NCBI GenBank assembly: GCA_965112735.1
Contig: OZ218951.1
Coordinates: 4,030,001 to 4,094,000 of the forward strand
Length of the DNA stretch: 64,000 bases
Source: Phaeosaccion multiseriatum
Lineage: Eukaryota; Protista; Ochrophyta, other classes
Reading direction: 5' to 3'
Shown: positions 46,901 through 59,785 of the stretch, one piece after another
Numbering within the stretch: the first letter of the stretch is position 1
Layout: the number at the start of each line of letters is the position of its first letter
Program-made: the position numbers and the translations under genes
Notes under the pieces: model-generated
Told to the model about the DNA's origin: nothing
Database searches by the model: none
The model's input: only the letters and a program-made list of their open reading frames with translations

Positions 46901-48910
46901 GCATGCGCTGAGGGCAGAGAGGGCCCTGCTAACAGGGCAGCTGGCCAAGATGTTGCGGGGAAGACCGACCTCGAGGGAAGGGTTCTTGAGGGAGGCGGAG
47001 GAGGGACCTCATCCTCATGTGTTGGAGGCATCGGAGATGGCTATGGCCTTTGATGAACTTGTGGAGGGCGAGGGCGAGGGAGGAGGAGGAGGAGGAGGAG
47101 GAGGAGGAGGAGGAGGAGAAGGAGGGGGGGAGGAGGGAGCGGGCGAGGCGCACCGGGGGCCGCTCCTGAGCTTCGAGCGACTTCGGAAGTGGGCCCCTGT
47201 CAGAGAGGCTCTCGCCGAGGCGGCGGCGGCGGCGCAGCAGCAAGGAGCGGCAGCAGCAGCAGCAGGGACTGCAAAGGCAAGACGAGAAGAAGGAGGAGAA
47301 GAGAAGGGGGGAGATGGCGACGACGGCAGAGAGGAGGGTGATGACCTTGAGTCTCTTGTGCTGAAGGAGGAGATGCGGTTTATGGAGCTCTTTGACGTTG
47401 TTGACCTCGACGGGGATGGACTCATCTCCTTCTCGGAGTTCTTGAGGTGGGCCGAGCTTTGTGAACTCGACGCGGACAACCAACACGCGGACATGTCCAG
47501 GGAGGAGCTGCTCACAGCCTTTGCCAAGCTCGCCACATTGCATGAGGAAGGAGGAGAGGGAGAGGAGGGGGAGGAGGGAGGGAAGGCAAGGGTGGTGCCG
47601 ACCATCGACTTTGAGTCTGCCTTGTCTCATGTCATGCTCAAGCAGTGGGCTAACATGGCCGGCCTGGATCACGGCAACCTTCGCCATCTGTGGGCGGCGC
47701 AAACGGGGCAGTTGGTGATTCAGCAGCAGCAGCAGGAGGAGGAGGAGGAGGAGGTGGAGGAGAAGGATCAAGAGGGTGGAGGTATGGCGAGGGCCAAGAG
47801 GTTGGACAGTGAGGGATTCGTTGCCTTCGCATCGGTGCTGCAGCACTACGGCAGAGTGGCTCATCAAACGCATCGAGAGCACCGAGAGCACGGACGGCAG
47901 CAGGCTGAGGAGTTGGTGATTCAGGAAGGAGCAGCCGCTGCCACTGCTAGCAACCACAAAGAAGCTCCTTTTTCTAGTCCGGGGTTAGAGGGCTCCAACC
48001 AGACGGGTCTGGAAGGCACCCTAAGCACGCCAAGCAGGCGAAGAAGCAAACTCGTGACGCTGCTTAGGAACCGGCCCGAGTACGAGTCTCTCCTGGCTAG
48101 AGGTATTGCGAGGAAGGGCGTGGGGGTGGCCGAGCGACTGGAGAGGAGCTTGGCTGCCAACTACCTCAAACACAAGCTGTTGCTCGAGCCCCAGGGGGGC
48201 AGCAGACCGGAGGCACATTATCTGGAGGAGCAGGGCATCCTTCTGCCGGAGGACGTGCACCAGCAGCACGAGTGAGTCACGGTTTGCGCTTGGGCTTTGG
48301 TTGAGGCATGGGCATGGGATAGGTGGTGGTGGTGGTGGTGGTGGTGGTGGTGGTGGTGGTGTTGTTGTTTGGGGGGGGGGGAGCAGACGGCTCGACAGCA
48401 GCCCTACCTCTAGCTTTGATGCCCTGTACACGCTTTGCGTATTTCTCCCTTTCACGGTCGACCGACTCTTTTCCCGGATCGTTCCTAGGCCGTTCCCATC
48501 CCCCCCCCCGTTTTGCGCTCTTCACTCACTCACCCACCCACCACCACGCACTGCCCTTCCCCTTCACCAGGCGGGCAGCCCAGATGCTCCAAGAGGGCCT
48601 CACCAGCCGTAGAGGAGACGCCACGTGGAGGCGTGATCCTTCACAGCTTGTCGGCGGCTCCCGTGAGGTTGTGGCGGCCTCCCTGAACCAGGCTCTCCGA
48701 CGACGGACTTGCTCGCGCGACCTTCAGGACAGGGGCATCCTGCTGCTGAGGGGGAGGGACGGGGGCAGCGAGGGAGGGGGGGAGGGAGGGGGAGGGGGCG
48801 GAGCGGAGTACGCATTGCTGTTGGACCGGGTGTTGACGATTCACAGGGGTCTCCGGACGTCGCCGGACGTGCTGCGCGGATTGCTGTTGTCGAAGAAGGG
48901 AGGGGCGTAG
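40945..48910 (+). CDS. Large multi-RPEL-repeat protein with EF-hand, ~14 exons
   Basis: LEKRPSREEMEQRGLL, LERRLSSEDLLARGIL, LRNRPEYESLLARGI and many similar units; EF loop DLDGDGLISFSE; junctions GT-AG and in phase. Confidence 0.75.
45283..45898. repeat. (GGAA)n complex microsatellite, intronic
   Basis: Direct reading. Confidence 0.97.
46014..46088. repeat. 12-bp tandem repeat x6 (tgacacttggct) just before a splice acceptor
   Basis: Direct reading. Confidence 0.9.
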
Positions 48911-49819
48911 GGCCTAGGGAGAATGAGAAGGAAGGAGAGAGTGGTGGAGTTAAGCCTGTTGTTGTTGCTGTCGAAGAAGAGAGGGGTGAAGGGGAACGAG
49001 GAGGAATTGGAGTAAGTGTGTCGTTGTTGTTGTCGTTGTTGTTATTGTTGTTGTCGAAGAGAGGAGGGGCTCTCGGCCGAGGGAATGAGGAGGAGTGAGG
49101 AGATGGTGGAGTAGGGTGACGAGGTATGTTGTTCTCGAAGAATGAAGTTTGGAAGGAGGAGGAAGTGGTAGAGGTATGTTGTTTTCGAAGAAAGAAGTTT
49201 GGAAGGAGGAGGAAGTGGTAGCAAGGAGTGGTGAAGGACGGCAGATGGGATTGTGAATCTATGTACATTCCGACATAAAGGAGGCGTGCATTGTGAATCT
49301 ATATACATTCGGAAAATGGGGTTCACCTTCAGTTTCAGAGTTTGGCCTCTCTCTCTCAGGAGCCCACACGACCGCTTCCTTCCCAGAAGTTCTCGTGGGG
49401 CGCAAGTAGAGGAATATGAGTGGTGTTGTTGCTGTTCTTGTTTGGTTCTGTAGAGCTGGCGAGTAAGTAGTTAAGTATCCATGTATCAATGAAGGGAATG
49501 AATTAATCTAGCAATTGGGTCTCGGTGGGAGGGGAGAACCGCCACTCATCGACTTCGGATGGCAGTGGATGGAGTGGACCCTTTATTGACTCCCTTGAAT
49601 TCCATCGACTGCATCGAGCGCAGGGCGGCATGAGGCCAATGTTGCGCACACCCCTCTCTTTCTATCCAAGTACTTACCTTCTTTTTTCTCCCTCTCTTCT
49701 CTTCTCAATCTCATCTATGAACAATTATAATGGCATCTCAACATTCTGCTCCTGCGGCTGCTGCTGCAGTTGCTGCTTCTGGTGGTGCTGTATCACCCAC
49801 CACCTGCTACTCCCTCCGC

Positions 49820-52567
49820 CTAACCCCCGCCCCGCAGCTGCGGGGCGCCTCTCTTCCACTCCGCGAGCAGAGCCCTCGCCGCTGTTCTGTGGCACAAGCG
49901 ACCGCCGCCCACCACCCCTGCCATGCGGCGGAGGGAGGAGGAGGACAGAAGCTCCTCAGCAACCTTTAACAGTCGGAGGGGGGAAGGGGGAGGGACGGAG
50001 GGAGGGGGAAGGGAGGGAGAGAGGAAGGGAAACAGAGGAGAGAGAAAGGGGAGAGGAAGAGAGGAGAGGGGGGGGGGAGGAAGGGGGAAGGGAGTTGGAA
50101 ACTTGGGGTAGGCTGACAGACCAGAACGGGGGGCGAGGAGAGACAGGTCGACCCTTTCCCTCCCCCTCTCCCTCCCTCCGTCCGTCCCTCCCTATCCCTC
50201 TCTCCTTGTGTATCACCAACTCCCTCACCATGGCTTGCATCTGCTGCATGATCCAGAACTCTCCCTGTGACTTGCGGCGCTGCGGCAGAGTGCCTGTTTC
50301 GAGCATCACCCGCTTGAACGCGAGGACTTGCTCCCATACCTGAGGCAGAGGCAAATGGGCAGGCAGGTAGCCAGGCAGGCATGAGCAGGCGTATATGTGT
50401 GTAGGCCAGTATGCAGACAGGCATATGGGCATAGTGGCAGGCATAGAGACAGGGCACAAAGGCATATGGGCAGGAGGGCGGTGTGGGGTCTGATAGTCAG
50501 CCAGGCCAGCCAGTTAGTCCATCGCTCTTCCGCCCACCCACCTCTCTCAGACCCGTCTTGTGCAGCGAGGAGCACAACATCACCGGGGGCTGCCAAAAGG
50601 CGTACTTCGCTTTGCAGACGCGAAGGGAGCGTTCGTAGTCCGCGCGGGTCTGACTTGCCGCCCGGAGGTGCTCGCCATCGGCCTTTGGTGAGTGAGTGAG
50701 TGAGTGAGTGAGTGAGTGAGTGGAGCGGAGTGGATGAGTGAGTGTGGAGTGGGTGAGTGAGTGAGTGAGTGAGTAAGTGAGTGAGTAAGTGAGTGAGTGA
50801 GTGAGTGAGTGAGCGGAGTGGAGTGGATGAGTGAGTGTGGAGTGGGTGAGTGAGTGAGTTAGTGAGTGAGGTGAGGTGAGGTCGCGAGTTCGTTCGTTCT
50901 TTTGTGCGTGGGTGTGGCTCTGCGCCTGCCACCCCCTCCCTTCTCCCCCCTCGCCCTGTCTACATACCCCTGTACTGCACCTGCCACCCTCCTCTATCCG
51001 TACTCTGCACCTGCCCCTGCCGTCCCCCCCCCCCCTTGCCCTCACTAACCTTGTTGACGACGACGGCGTCTGTAACCTCTGTGATGCCCTTCTTCACCCC
51101 CTGCAGCTCGTCTCCGGCGGCGGGCGGCAGCAACAGCAGCAGCATGTCTACCGTCTGCTCCACCTGTGTGTGCGTGTGCGTGTGTGTGTGTGGAGTGCCA
51201 GGTTTGTTACTGGGAAACAGCAGATGTGGAGGCATGGATAGATGGATGGCACCAGATGGAAAATAGAGGGAAGGTATGGATGGCACTAGACATACTCTAC
51301 TCTCAATGCTACTCATGATCTTTCGCAGGTGCGGTGGACGGGCCTAAAAACAGAAACTGAACCTCTCTCCACCGAGCAGATGCCTGACTGCCTGACTGTC
51401 CCCACCTGAATCTCGCTCTGCCCTAGCCCTACCGTCTCCACAAGCACCAAGTCGTACCCCGCCGCCTGGCAGAGAGTCACCACGTCGTTGGTGTACAGCG
51501 CAAGCCCCCCTGTGTGTGGAGAGGGGGGAGCACGGATCCGAGGGGGCTGGTGGGTGAGCAAGTGTCTGAGTGAGTGAATTGAGTGAGTGAATTAAGAGTG
51601 AGTGAGTGAGTGCATGAATGGCCTCTCCCCCCCGCCTCTCTCGCCTCTACCCACCCACCGAGCACACCCGAAGCGGGGGAGGACCTGATAAAGGCCCTCT
51701 CATCCCTGCTGAGGAGCTCCATGCGGGTCTTGTCGCCGAGGATGGAGCCGCCCGTGCGCGAGCTGGAAGGGTCGATCGTGAGGACGGCCACACGCAGGCC
51801 CAGCTCGCGGGTCAGTAGGGTGCCGAACCCCTCGATAAAGGTGCTTTTCCCTTTGGTGGTAGCAAGGCAATGTGGGAGAGGAGCCCAGGCGGCGAGATAA
51901 GAGAGAGAGAGAGGGAGAGAGAGTGGGTGGGTTGGTTGGTTGGTTGGTTGGTTGGTTGGTGGTTGGGCATGGCACGCGCTTGCATCCTCCGCCTTACGGG
52001 CAGAGGTGACTGCTGCATGAGTCTCCCGTCTGTCTCACCTGCCCCTGGCGGCCCAGCTATGCCAATACGGATGCCCCCTCCTCCATCTTGCCGGTCGTGC
52101 TGCTCGCCCGCCTTTGCCTTTTCTTGTTCTCCTCCTTCTCCCATCCCCCTTGCAGCCACTGGCGTCTCCGCAGCCGACACTCCATGGTCCCGCTCCTCCT
52201 CCCGCAGCCCGCCTTCAAAGATTACATGCTCCAGCAGGAGCTCTGCTTGTCTCCTGTGATCCTCTCTTCTGCTCTCGACGAGCGTGATGGCTCGAGAGAG
52301 CTGCGTCCTATCACCGCGGAGCACTCCTTGGGCCAGAGCTAGTGTGCTCTCCCACATCATCCTCCGGGCATGTTCTCCCCCGTCCCGCAGTTCCTCCGAC
52401 GATGAGAATGAGGAGAATGATGCTGCTGAGGACCGGATCGAGGACCAGTCTCTGCCCCTCTTTAGACTCTTTCCCCTCTGTCGCCCCCCCGAGCTGATAC
52501 GGCTCCTCGAGCTTCTCCTCCACGCCAAGCTGCCCAGTCTTCTCCAAGGAACAGAGGCGGTGGCCAT
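49820..52567 (-). CDS. MMAA: Mitochondrial methylmalonyl-CoA mutase chaperone GTPase (MMAA/MeaB), 7 exons
   Basis: [19 protein letters not shown]|[46 protein letters not shown]|AD. Confidence 0.95.
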
Positions 52568-52844
52568 GAGGAATTTCGAAAGATCGCCTCTCTCTCTCGT
52601 TGCTTTGCAAGCTGCTCTTCTTTTTTTTTGGGTCGTTGGGATCTCGGTCTCGTTGGAGCGCGCGATGTTTGTAAGTCAACAATGCACTCAAACTGAAACT
52701 GGACTTGAAACTGTGGGATTTCCGATTTCCCAACGAATATAATAAAGAGCTTACATTAAGCTTTCCCATGGTATCAGGATGCCCCGCTGACGAGGGTGGG
52801 TAGAACTGACTATCGTAAACCTCGCGTAGCTCGCAAACTTTGCC

Positions 52845-55800
52845 ATGTTCGGTGAGTTCAGCCCAAGCGGGCACTTTGTGCAAGCAGTTCCATCTCCAGC
52901 CCCGGCCAGCCGCAGGAGGAGGAGCACTGCGAATGGCCCCCCTCTTCGAGAAGCGGGGGCTGGAGAAGGAGCTGAAGTTGTGCGACCAAAGCCGGGAAAG
53001 GTCGTAACTCACCGCAGCCAGGTCAGTCGGATCTGTGCAAGAAGTCGCTCCGAGGGCTTGGCTACTTTACTCCTGCTGCCACCATCGCTCACCCTTTTTA
53101 GCCAAGAACCAACACCCCCTTCCCTTTCTTCCTGCCTTAGATCCTGGACGAGATCGTCACCTCTGAGGAGAAGTATGTCAAGACTTTGCAGGTCGTGATG
53201 CGTACCTTTCATGCGCCGCTCACTGCGTGGATCAAGGAGGGGGGCAGGGGAGAGCACGGGGGAGGAGGGGGGGGCGGGAAGGGCCAGGAGCAGGAACAGA
53301 GCAGGCCGCTCGATATGAAGGACTTGGACCAGATATTCGGGAACTTGCCCTCGGTGAGTGGTTCTGATTGGACGAGAGCAATGAAGACAGGGGAGGAGAG
53401 GGGGAGAACGATGAGATCAGCAGAGGAAGGAGGCAATCAGCCCTTACACCGCTTCAGATTTAGACCTTGACTGGTTGAGAGAGATTCTAATTCCGCAACC
53501 CGCCCCCCCCTCTCCCACACTCCTGCATGTGGACCAACTTTCTGTATGCCTTCATGCCCCATGCCCCTACCTACACCCCCGCCTCACCGTCACTCCCAAC
53601 AACAAAACTAAAACAAACTTCAAACAAAGCTGCTGAAGTTCAACGAGCAGTTTCTGCGGGACTTGCAGGAGGAGTACCTACACGGCAAGCGCTTCGGCGC
53701 CATCTTCAGAGAGTCGGCCATGTACTTCAAAATGTACAGGTATGTAAGGTTACGTGAGTAATGTGGTACATATGTGCGTCTCGTTGAGTATCATGTCCTG
53801 CAAATGTGTGTGTGTGTGTGTCTGTGTGCCTGTGTCACAACATGCTTAAATACTCCTTACAGACAAACAATCCTCTCTGGCTCAACCATCCTTATTAACC
53901 ATTCCGTCCCTTCCCCAATGCATGTATACTGGCCGCACTCACTCACTCATCACACAGCGCCTACGTCAATGGATACAACGACGCACTCGAACACGTAGCG
54001 CGCTTGGAACAGAAGAGCGACTTCAGAGCCTTCGTGCGTGCGTGCGAGTTACAGTCGGCCTGTGAGGGGCTGGACCTTAAGGCCTTCCTCATCCAGCCCG
54101 TGCAGAGGGTACCGCGCTACAAGCTCCTCCTCACAGAGTTGCTCAAGGTGAGTGGGTGGGGGAGGGGAAGGGGAGGAAGAGAAGAGAGCAGCGTGGAGGG
54201 GAGGAGCTGAGCAGAGTAGAAGAGCCCACCCCTTTCCCTCTGCAGCTGACTGTCGATGCCTCTCACACCCCTCAACCCCCCCCCCCCCCCCCTCCCCCCT
54301 CCTCACCCCCTTCCCCCCCTCTCTCCTCACCCTTTTCTTCTTGTGACTCTCATTCGTATTCTTATTCTTATTCTTATTCTTATTCTTTAGTACACGCGGG
54401 ACACGCACCCCGACTTCCCTAATGTGTCCGCGGCCCTCGTGGACATTTCGAATGCCGCGTCGAGGCTCAATGAGAATGCGAGGGACCACGGAAGGAGGAG
54501 GAGGGTACTGGAGTTGCAGTTGCAGTTCAAACAGAACCTTGTCCAGGCCAGTAGGTGGGTGGGTGAGGGGGGGGCGAGGGGGAGGGGGAGGGAGGGAGGG
54601 AGGGAGGGAGGGAGGAGGAGGAGGAGGGGGAAGGGAGAAGGAGGGAGAGGGAGGGCGTATGGAGGGAAAGAGAGAGAGAAAGGGAGAGGGAGAAGGAAGC
54701 GAAAGCGGGAAACAGACAGACGAGAGACAGAGAGGGCTGGAGAATAACTGTGTGTGCCTCCCCTTGGCGATGTATCACCAACTTCTCCCCCCCCCCTCTG
54801 CAGGTACTTGGTGAAGGAGGGGCAGTTACGTAAGGTGTGCAACAACGGGCCCCGGAGGTACAAGTTCGTTCTGTTCAATGACTTACTGTTGTACGGCACG
54901 GAGACGCTGCGGGGCATGCTGCTGGACAAGACACACAAGTACAAGGCACACAAGATGATCCCCCTGGTCAGTCAGTACCTGGTGTCAGTCAGTTACTGGT
55001 GTCAGTCAGTAACTGGTGTCAGTCAGTAACTGGTGTCAGTCAGTCAGTCAGTCAGTAACTGGTGTCAGTCAGTCAGTCAGTCACTGGTGTCAGTCAGTCA
55101 GTCACTGGTGTCAGTCAGTCAGTCAGTCAGTAACTGGTGTCAGTCAGTACCCGGTGTCAGTCAGTAACTGGTGTCAGTCAGTAACTGGTGTCAGTCAGCA
55201 GTCAGTCAGTACCCGGTGTCAGTCAGTCAGTCAGTCAGTAACTCGTGTCAGTCAGTCAGTCAGTCAGTACCCGGTGTCAGTCAGTCAGTCAGTCAGTCAG
55301 TAACTGGTGTCAGTCAGTCAGTCAGTCAGTCAGTACACCGGTATCAGTCAGTCAGTTAGTACCCGGTGTCAGTCAGTCAGTCAGTCAGTAACTGGTGTCA
55401 GTCAGTCAGTCAGTCAGTACACGGTGTCAGTCAGTCAGTCAGTCAGTAACTGGTGTCATTCAGTCAGTCAGTCAGTCAGTCAGTACCCGGTGTCAGTCAG
55501 TCAGTAACTGGTGTCAGTCAGTCAGTCAGTCAGTCAGTCAGTCAGTAACTGGTGCCAGTCAGTCAGTCAGTCAGTCAGTCAGGAACTAGTGTCAGTCAGT
55601 TCAGTCAGTACCTGGTGTTAGGACGTTCAGTGTTATTCAGTGGCAGTCAGTGACAATCAGTGCTTGATGTCTCCCTAACCCCCCTCCCCCCCTTCCATCC
55701 ACTGCCATCCCAGAAAGAGTGCCTGGTTCTCGACTACTCCTCCCCCTCCGAGTTCGTCCTTGCCATCGACTGCCCCGGAGGCAAGAGCTTCATCGCACAG

Positions 55801-58800
55801 ACGTCCTCCCCACGGGACAAGGCGGAGTGGCTAGCGGCCTTCACGGAGTGCTTCGAATCCCTCAGGGAGACCAGCTTGGAGGTGCGTATGTGTGTGTGTG
55901 TATGTGTGTGTGTGTGTGTGCGTGTCTGTGTATGTATGTGTGTATATGTGTGTGTGTATATGTGTGTGTGCGTGTGCGTGTGCGTATATGTACGCCTGTG
56001 TGTGTGCTTCGCCTCCCTCACAGAGACCAGCTTCGAGGTGTGTGTGTGCGTGTGTGTGAGGGAGTCAAGTGAAGGTGGACGGGAGACGCGACTGGGAGGA
56101 GGAGGAGGAGGAGGAGGAGGAGGAGGAGGAGGACGAGGAGGAGGAGGAGCAGCAGGAGACGAACAAGGGCCCCTCGCGTAACTCTACCCTCTAACGGCTA
56201 CTCCTCCCCCCCTCCCCCTCCAACCCACCCACCCACCCACCCACCCACCCTCCCACCCGCCTCGCCTCGACGCTTGCCTCGATGGAAATGGACCAAGTAG
56301 TCGAGGAGAGTGACTGACGTCACCGCCCGGGGGGGCACCAAGCCCCACCTCTCTCCGACGTTAGCGGCTTCGACGGACTCGCAAAGCGGCACCGCCCCCC
56401 CCACCCCGCTTAGCCTTGACGTCGCTTCCCCGTTCAAGCCTCTTCAGGGCGACGATTATGATGCTTACACAGAGTCTACCTTGTGCAACTCACCCGGGGG
56501 GGGCTCGTCCCCTGGGGGGCCCTCGTCCCCCATCGGCGAGAGGGGGGAAGGAGGAGGAGGAGGAGGAGGAGGAGGAGGAGGAGGAGGAGGAGGAGGAGGA
56601 GGAGGAGGAGGAGGAGGAGGAGGAGCAGGAGGAGGAGCAGGAGGAGGAGGAGAAGCCGCAGGCGGCGGCAGCGTCCACCACACACACCACCAACGGTCCA
56701 AGAGCAGAGTGATGGTGTGGGTGGTGACGGAGGGGCGGACGGAGGCGGTGGAGATATCTCTGCGTGGGCTTCCCCAAGGGCGGGGACCCAACTTACAGCG
56801 CTTTGGGGTGTATAAGGTCAGTCCGGAAGCACTTGATAAGCAACACTCACCGGTGGCGGCGACTGCGGACTCTCCCGGGGGCGGGGGCTCTTCTCCCAGG
56901 GGGGGCGGCGCTTCACCCGGGGGGGGAAGCTCTTCTCCTGGGGGCGGGGGCGGCTCTCCCGGGGGAAGAGGGGGAGGAGGAGGAGACAGTGGCAGCAAGA
57001 AGGGAGGCAGAGGCGGAGGAGGGGAGAATCAACACCAGAGAGACCCTTCCACGGAGGAGATATTCGGGCTCAAGCGTGCCAGCACGAAGATACGAGGGGG
57101 AGGAGGAGGAGGAGGAGGGGGAGGGGGAGGAGGAGGAGGAGGTGAGGATCGGGGGAGTGATGTGCCCGTAGCCAGCCCCAGTGGCAGTAGCTCAGGAGAG
57201 AACAAAGCAGAGGGGGGAGGAGGAGGAGGAGGAGGAGGAGGAGGAGGAGGACGAGGAGCAGCAGCAGGAGGAGGCGGTGCAACCCGCCGGGGGAGTGTGG
57301 GGGGTATATCGCTGCTCCTCTTCGGCAGAGGGTCTCAGAAGGCAGAGCAGCAGCAACAGTTGGTGATACAGCAGCAGCGGCGGAGTGTGGGAAGCCCTGG
57401 AAGCCGCATTGACAGCTCGCTCGGCCTGCAGGAGGGGGGGGCGGAGGGCGGTGAAGGAGACTCGGAGGAGGGCAGTAAGCGCTTGAGCCTCTCCGACGCT
57501 CTGGCGGAAGCAGCAGCAGCAGCCGTTGATGGTACAGCAGCGTCGCCAGGGAGAGGACTACGCCCTCGTGCTGTCATCACGTCCAGAAGCGACACCACCG
57601 CTAGCACCTACTCCTTCCCGTCCCCCAAGGGGGCAGTCCGCAAGGGCGCAGTCCCCAGGGGGGCCGCAGCAACAGAGGCACCACGGAAAGCTATGGCCAG
57701 TAGTAGCCCTCCCGGCAGTTACAGCCCCGGCTGCAACAGCCCCGCTACTAGTAGGAGCAGCTGCATCAACAGCCCTGCTAGTACCAGCACCAACAATAGC
57801 CCCAGCCCCGGCAACAGTCCGAGGCTTGTGCAGAGGGGGTTTATCGCCACTGATGCAAGTGATGATGTGAGCACTGCCGTTGATGCACCACCGGAGGAAG
57901 CGGATGTAGCCGTGCGCACGAGTTGGAAGGTGGGTACTGGAAGGGGGGAAGGAAGGAAGGAGGGAGGGAGGGAGGGAAGAAGAGAAGGAGCGAAGGAAGG
58001 AAGGAAGGAAGGAGGGAAGGAGGGAAGGAAGGAAGGAAGGAAGAAAGGAAGGAAGGAGGGAAGGAAGGAAGGAAGGAGGGAAGGAAGGAGGGAAGGAGGG
58101 AAGGAAAAAGGGAAGGAGGGAAGGAGGAAAGGAGGAAAGGAAAGAAGGAAGGAAGGAAGGAAGGAAGGAAGGAAGGAAGGAAGGAAGGAAGGAAGGAAGG
58201 AAGGGAAAGAATGAATGAATGGACGCCAAGGGCTCTCGTGGCTTTTTCCTCTGAGAGATTGTTGGGTGTGGGGTGCGAAGTGCGAGGTACATATCCTTCA
58301 TTAACTTCCGTCCACTACCACTCATCACTTCCTCCTTCCTCCCTCCCTTCCTCCCTCCCTTCCTCCCTTCCTTCCTCCCTCCCTTCCTTCCTTCCTCCCT
58401 CCCTCCCTCCCTCCCTCCCTCCCTTTCTTTGTTCCTTCCTTCCTTCCTTCCTTCCTTCCTTCCAACGAACTGAAACTGACACAGGTGGTGGAGCAGCTGC
58501 ACTGCGGGGAGGTATCAAAGCTCAGGGCCATGTTCGAAGCAAAGGACCAGGCAGGGGGCGTGGGAAGGGCGGGAGGGGTAAGCCCGGGAAGGGGAAGGAG
58601 CTTAGGAATAGGCTTAGGGCTGGGCACGATGGGACTGCTGGACCCTGCAGAGCTGCTGGAGAGAAAGGTGCTGCTAAAGAGGACGGCCACCATGGTGGTG
58701 GGTGGGGACAATCTAGAGGGGGGGGCGGAGGGGGAGGGGGAGGGAGGGAAGAGGACAGAAGACAGGAGACCGCCTTCGCCGCGGCGGGCCTCCTTTCAGA

Positions 58801-59750
58801 AGTTTCAGGAGCAGCAGCGGCGGCAGCAGCAGGAGCAAAGGAGTCACAAATGTCAGCAGCAGCAGCACGAGCAGCAGCAGGAGCAGCAGCAGGAGGAGGA
58901 GCAGCAGCAGCAGCAGGAGCAGCAGCAGGAGCAGCAGCAGCAGGAGCAGCAGCAGGAACAGGAGCAGGAGGAGGAGGAGGAGGAGGAGCAGGAGGAGCAG
59001 GAGGAGCAATCATCTCTGAAGCGGTCCTCGGTGTCTTCGGTGTCCTCAGTACGACGGTCCCTGTCGCCAGCGTGGCCGCGTAGGAGGAGCAGCAGCAGGG
59101 GCAGCGACAGGGGCAGCAGCGGCAGAGTCAACAAGCCCGCCTCTGCCCTCCCCCCTGGGGCCGGTGCAAGCATTCCTGCCAGTGCGAGGGCGAGTGTGGG
59201 TGCTAGTGCTTGCAAGCCGCCGCCGCCGCCTTGGGAGACAGCGCCAACAATAGCAGCAGCAACGACAACAATCACAACAATCACAACGGCGGCGGAACGG
59301 CCACTGCCACTGCCACTGCCACTGCCCACTACAGGCGCGAGGAAGGGGGAGAGAGACGGAGAGGGCGGGAGAGGGGGAGGTGGAGGAGGCACTTGCGAGG
59401 AGGAAGCGCGGCCGAGGAGCTACACAGCGCAGGCCTCACTCGGCGGAGGGGCAGAGCAACCAGCTGCAGCAGTTGGTGATACAGGAGCAGCCGTTGGTGA
59501 TGCAGAAGTACTAGTTGGTGATGCAGCAGCAACGTTTGGGGCGGGAATCGATGCGGCAAGCTTTCTGGATGAGGTGGCGGAGGAGTGGTGCCGGCAAGGG
59601 CGGCTCACTGATGGCGGCAACGCTGCGGAGGTTGGTGATATCGCAGCAGCCACAAACAATCCTAAGAAGGGTCAGGACCGACTCGGTGGCACCGCGGTGG
59701 ACGAGTGGACCAAGTACAAGCGAGGCAAGCAGGAGCAATTGGTGATACAG

Positions 59751-59785
<35 letters not shown>

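Noticed and set aside
8325-52567. Metabolic cluster of CoA-binding protein, thioesterase, BCAT and MMAA
   Set aside because: Spread over 44 kb among unrelated genes, with different predicted compartments.
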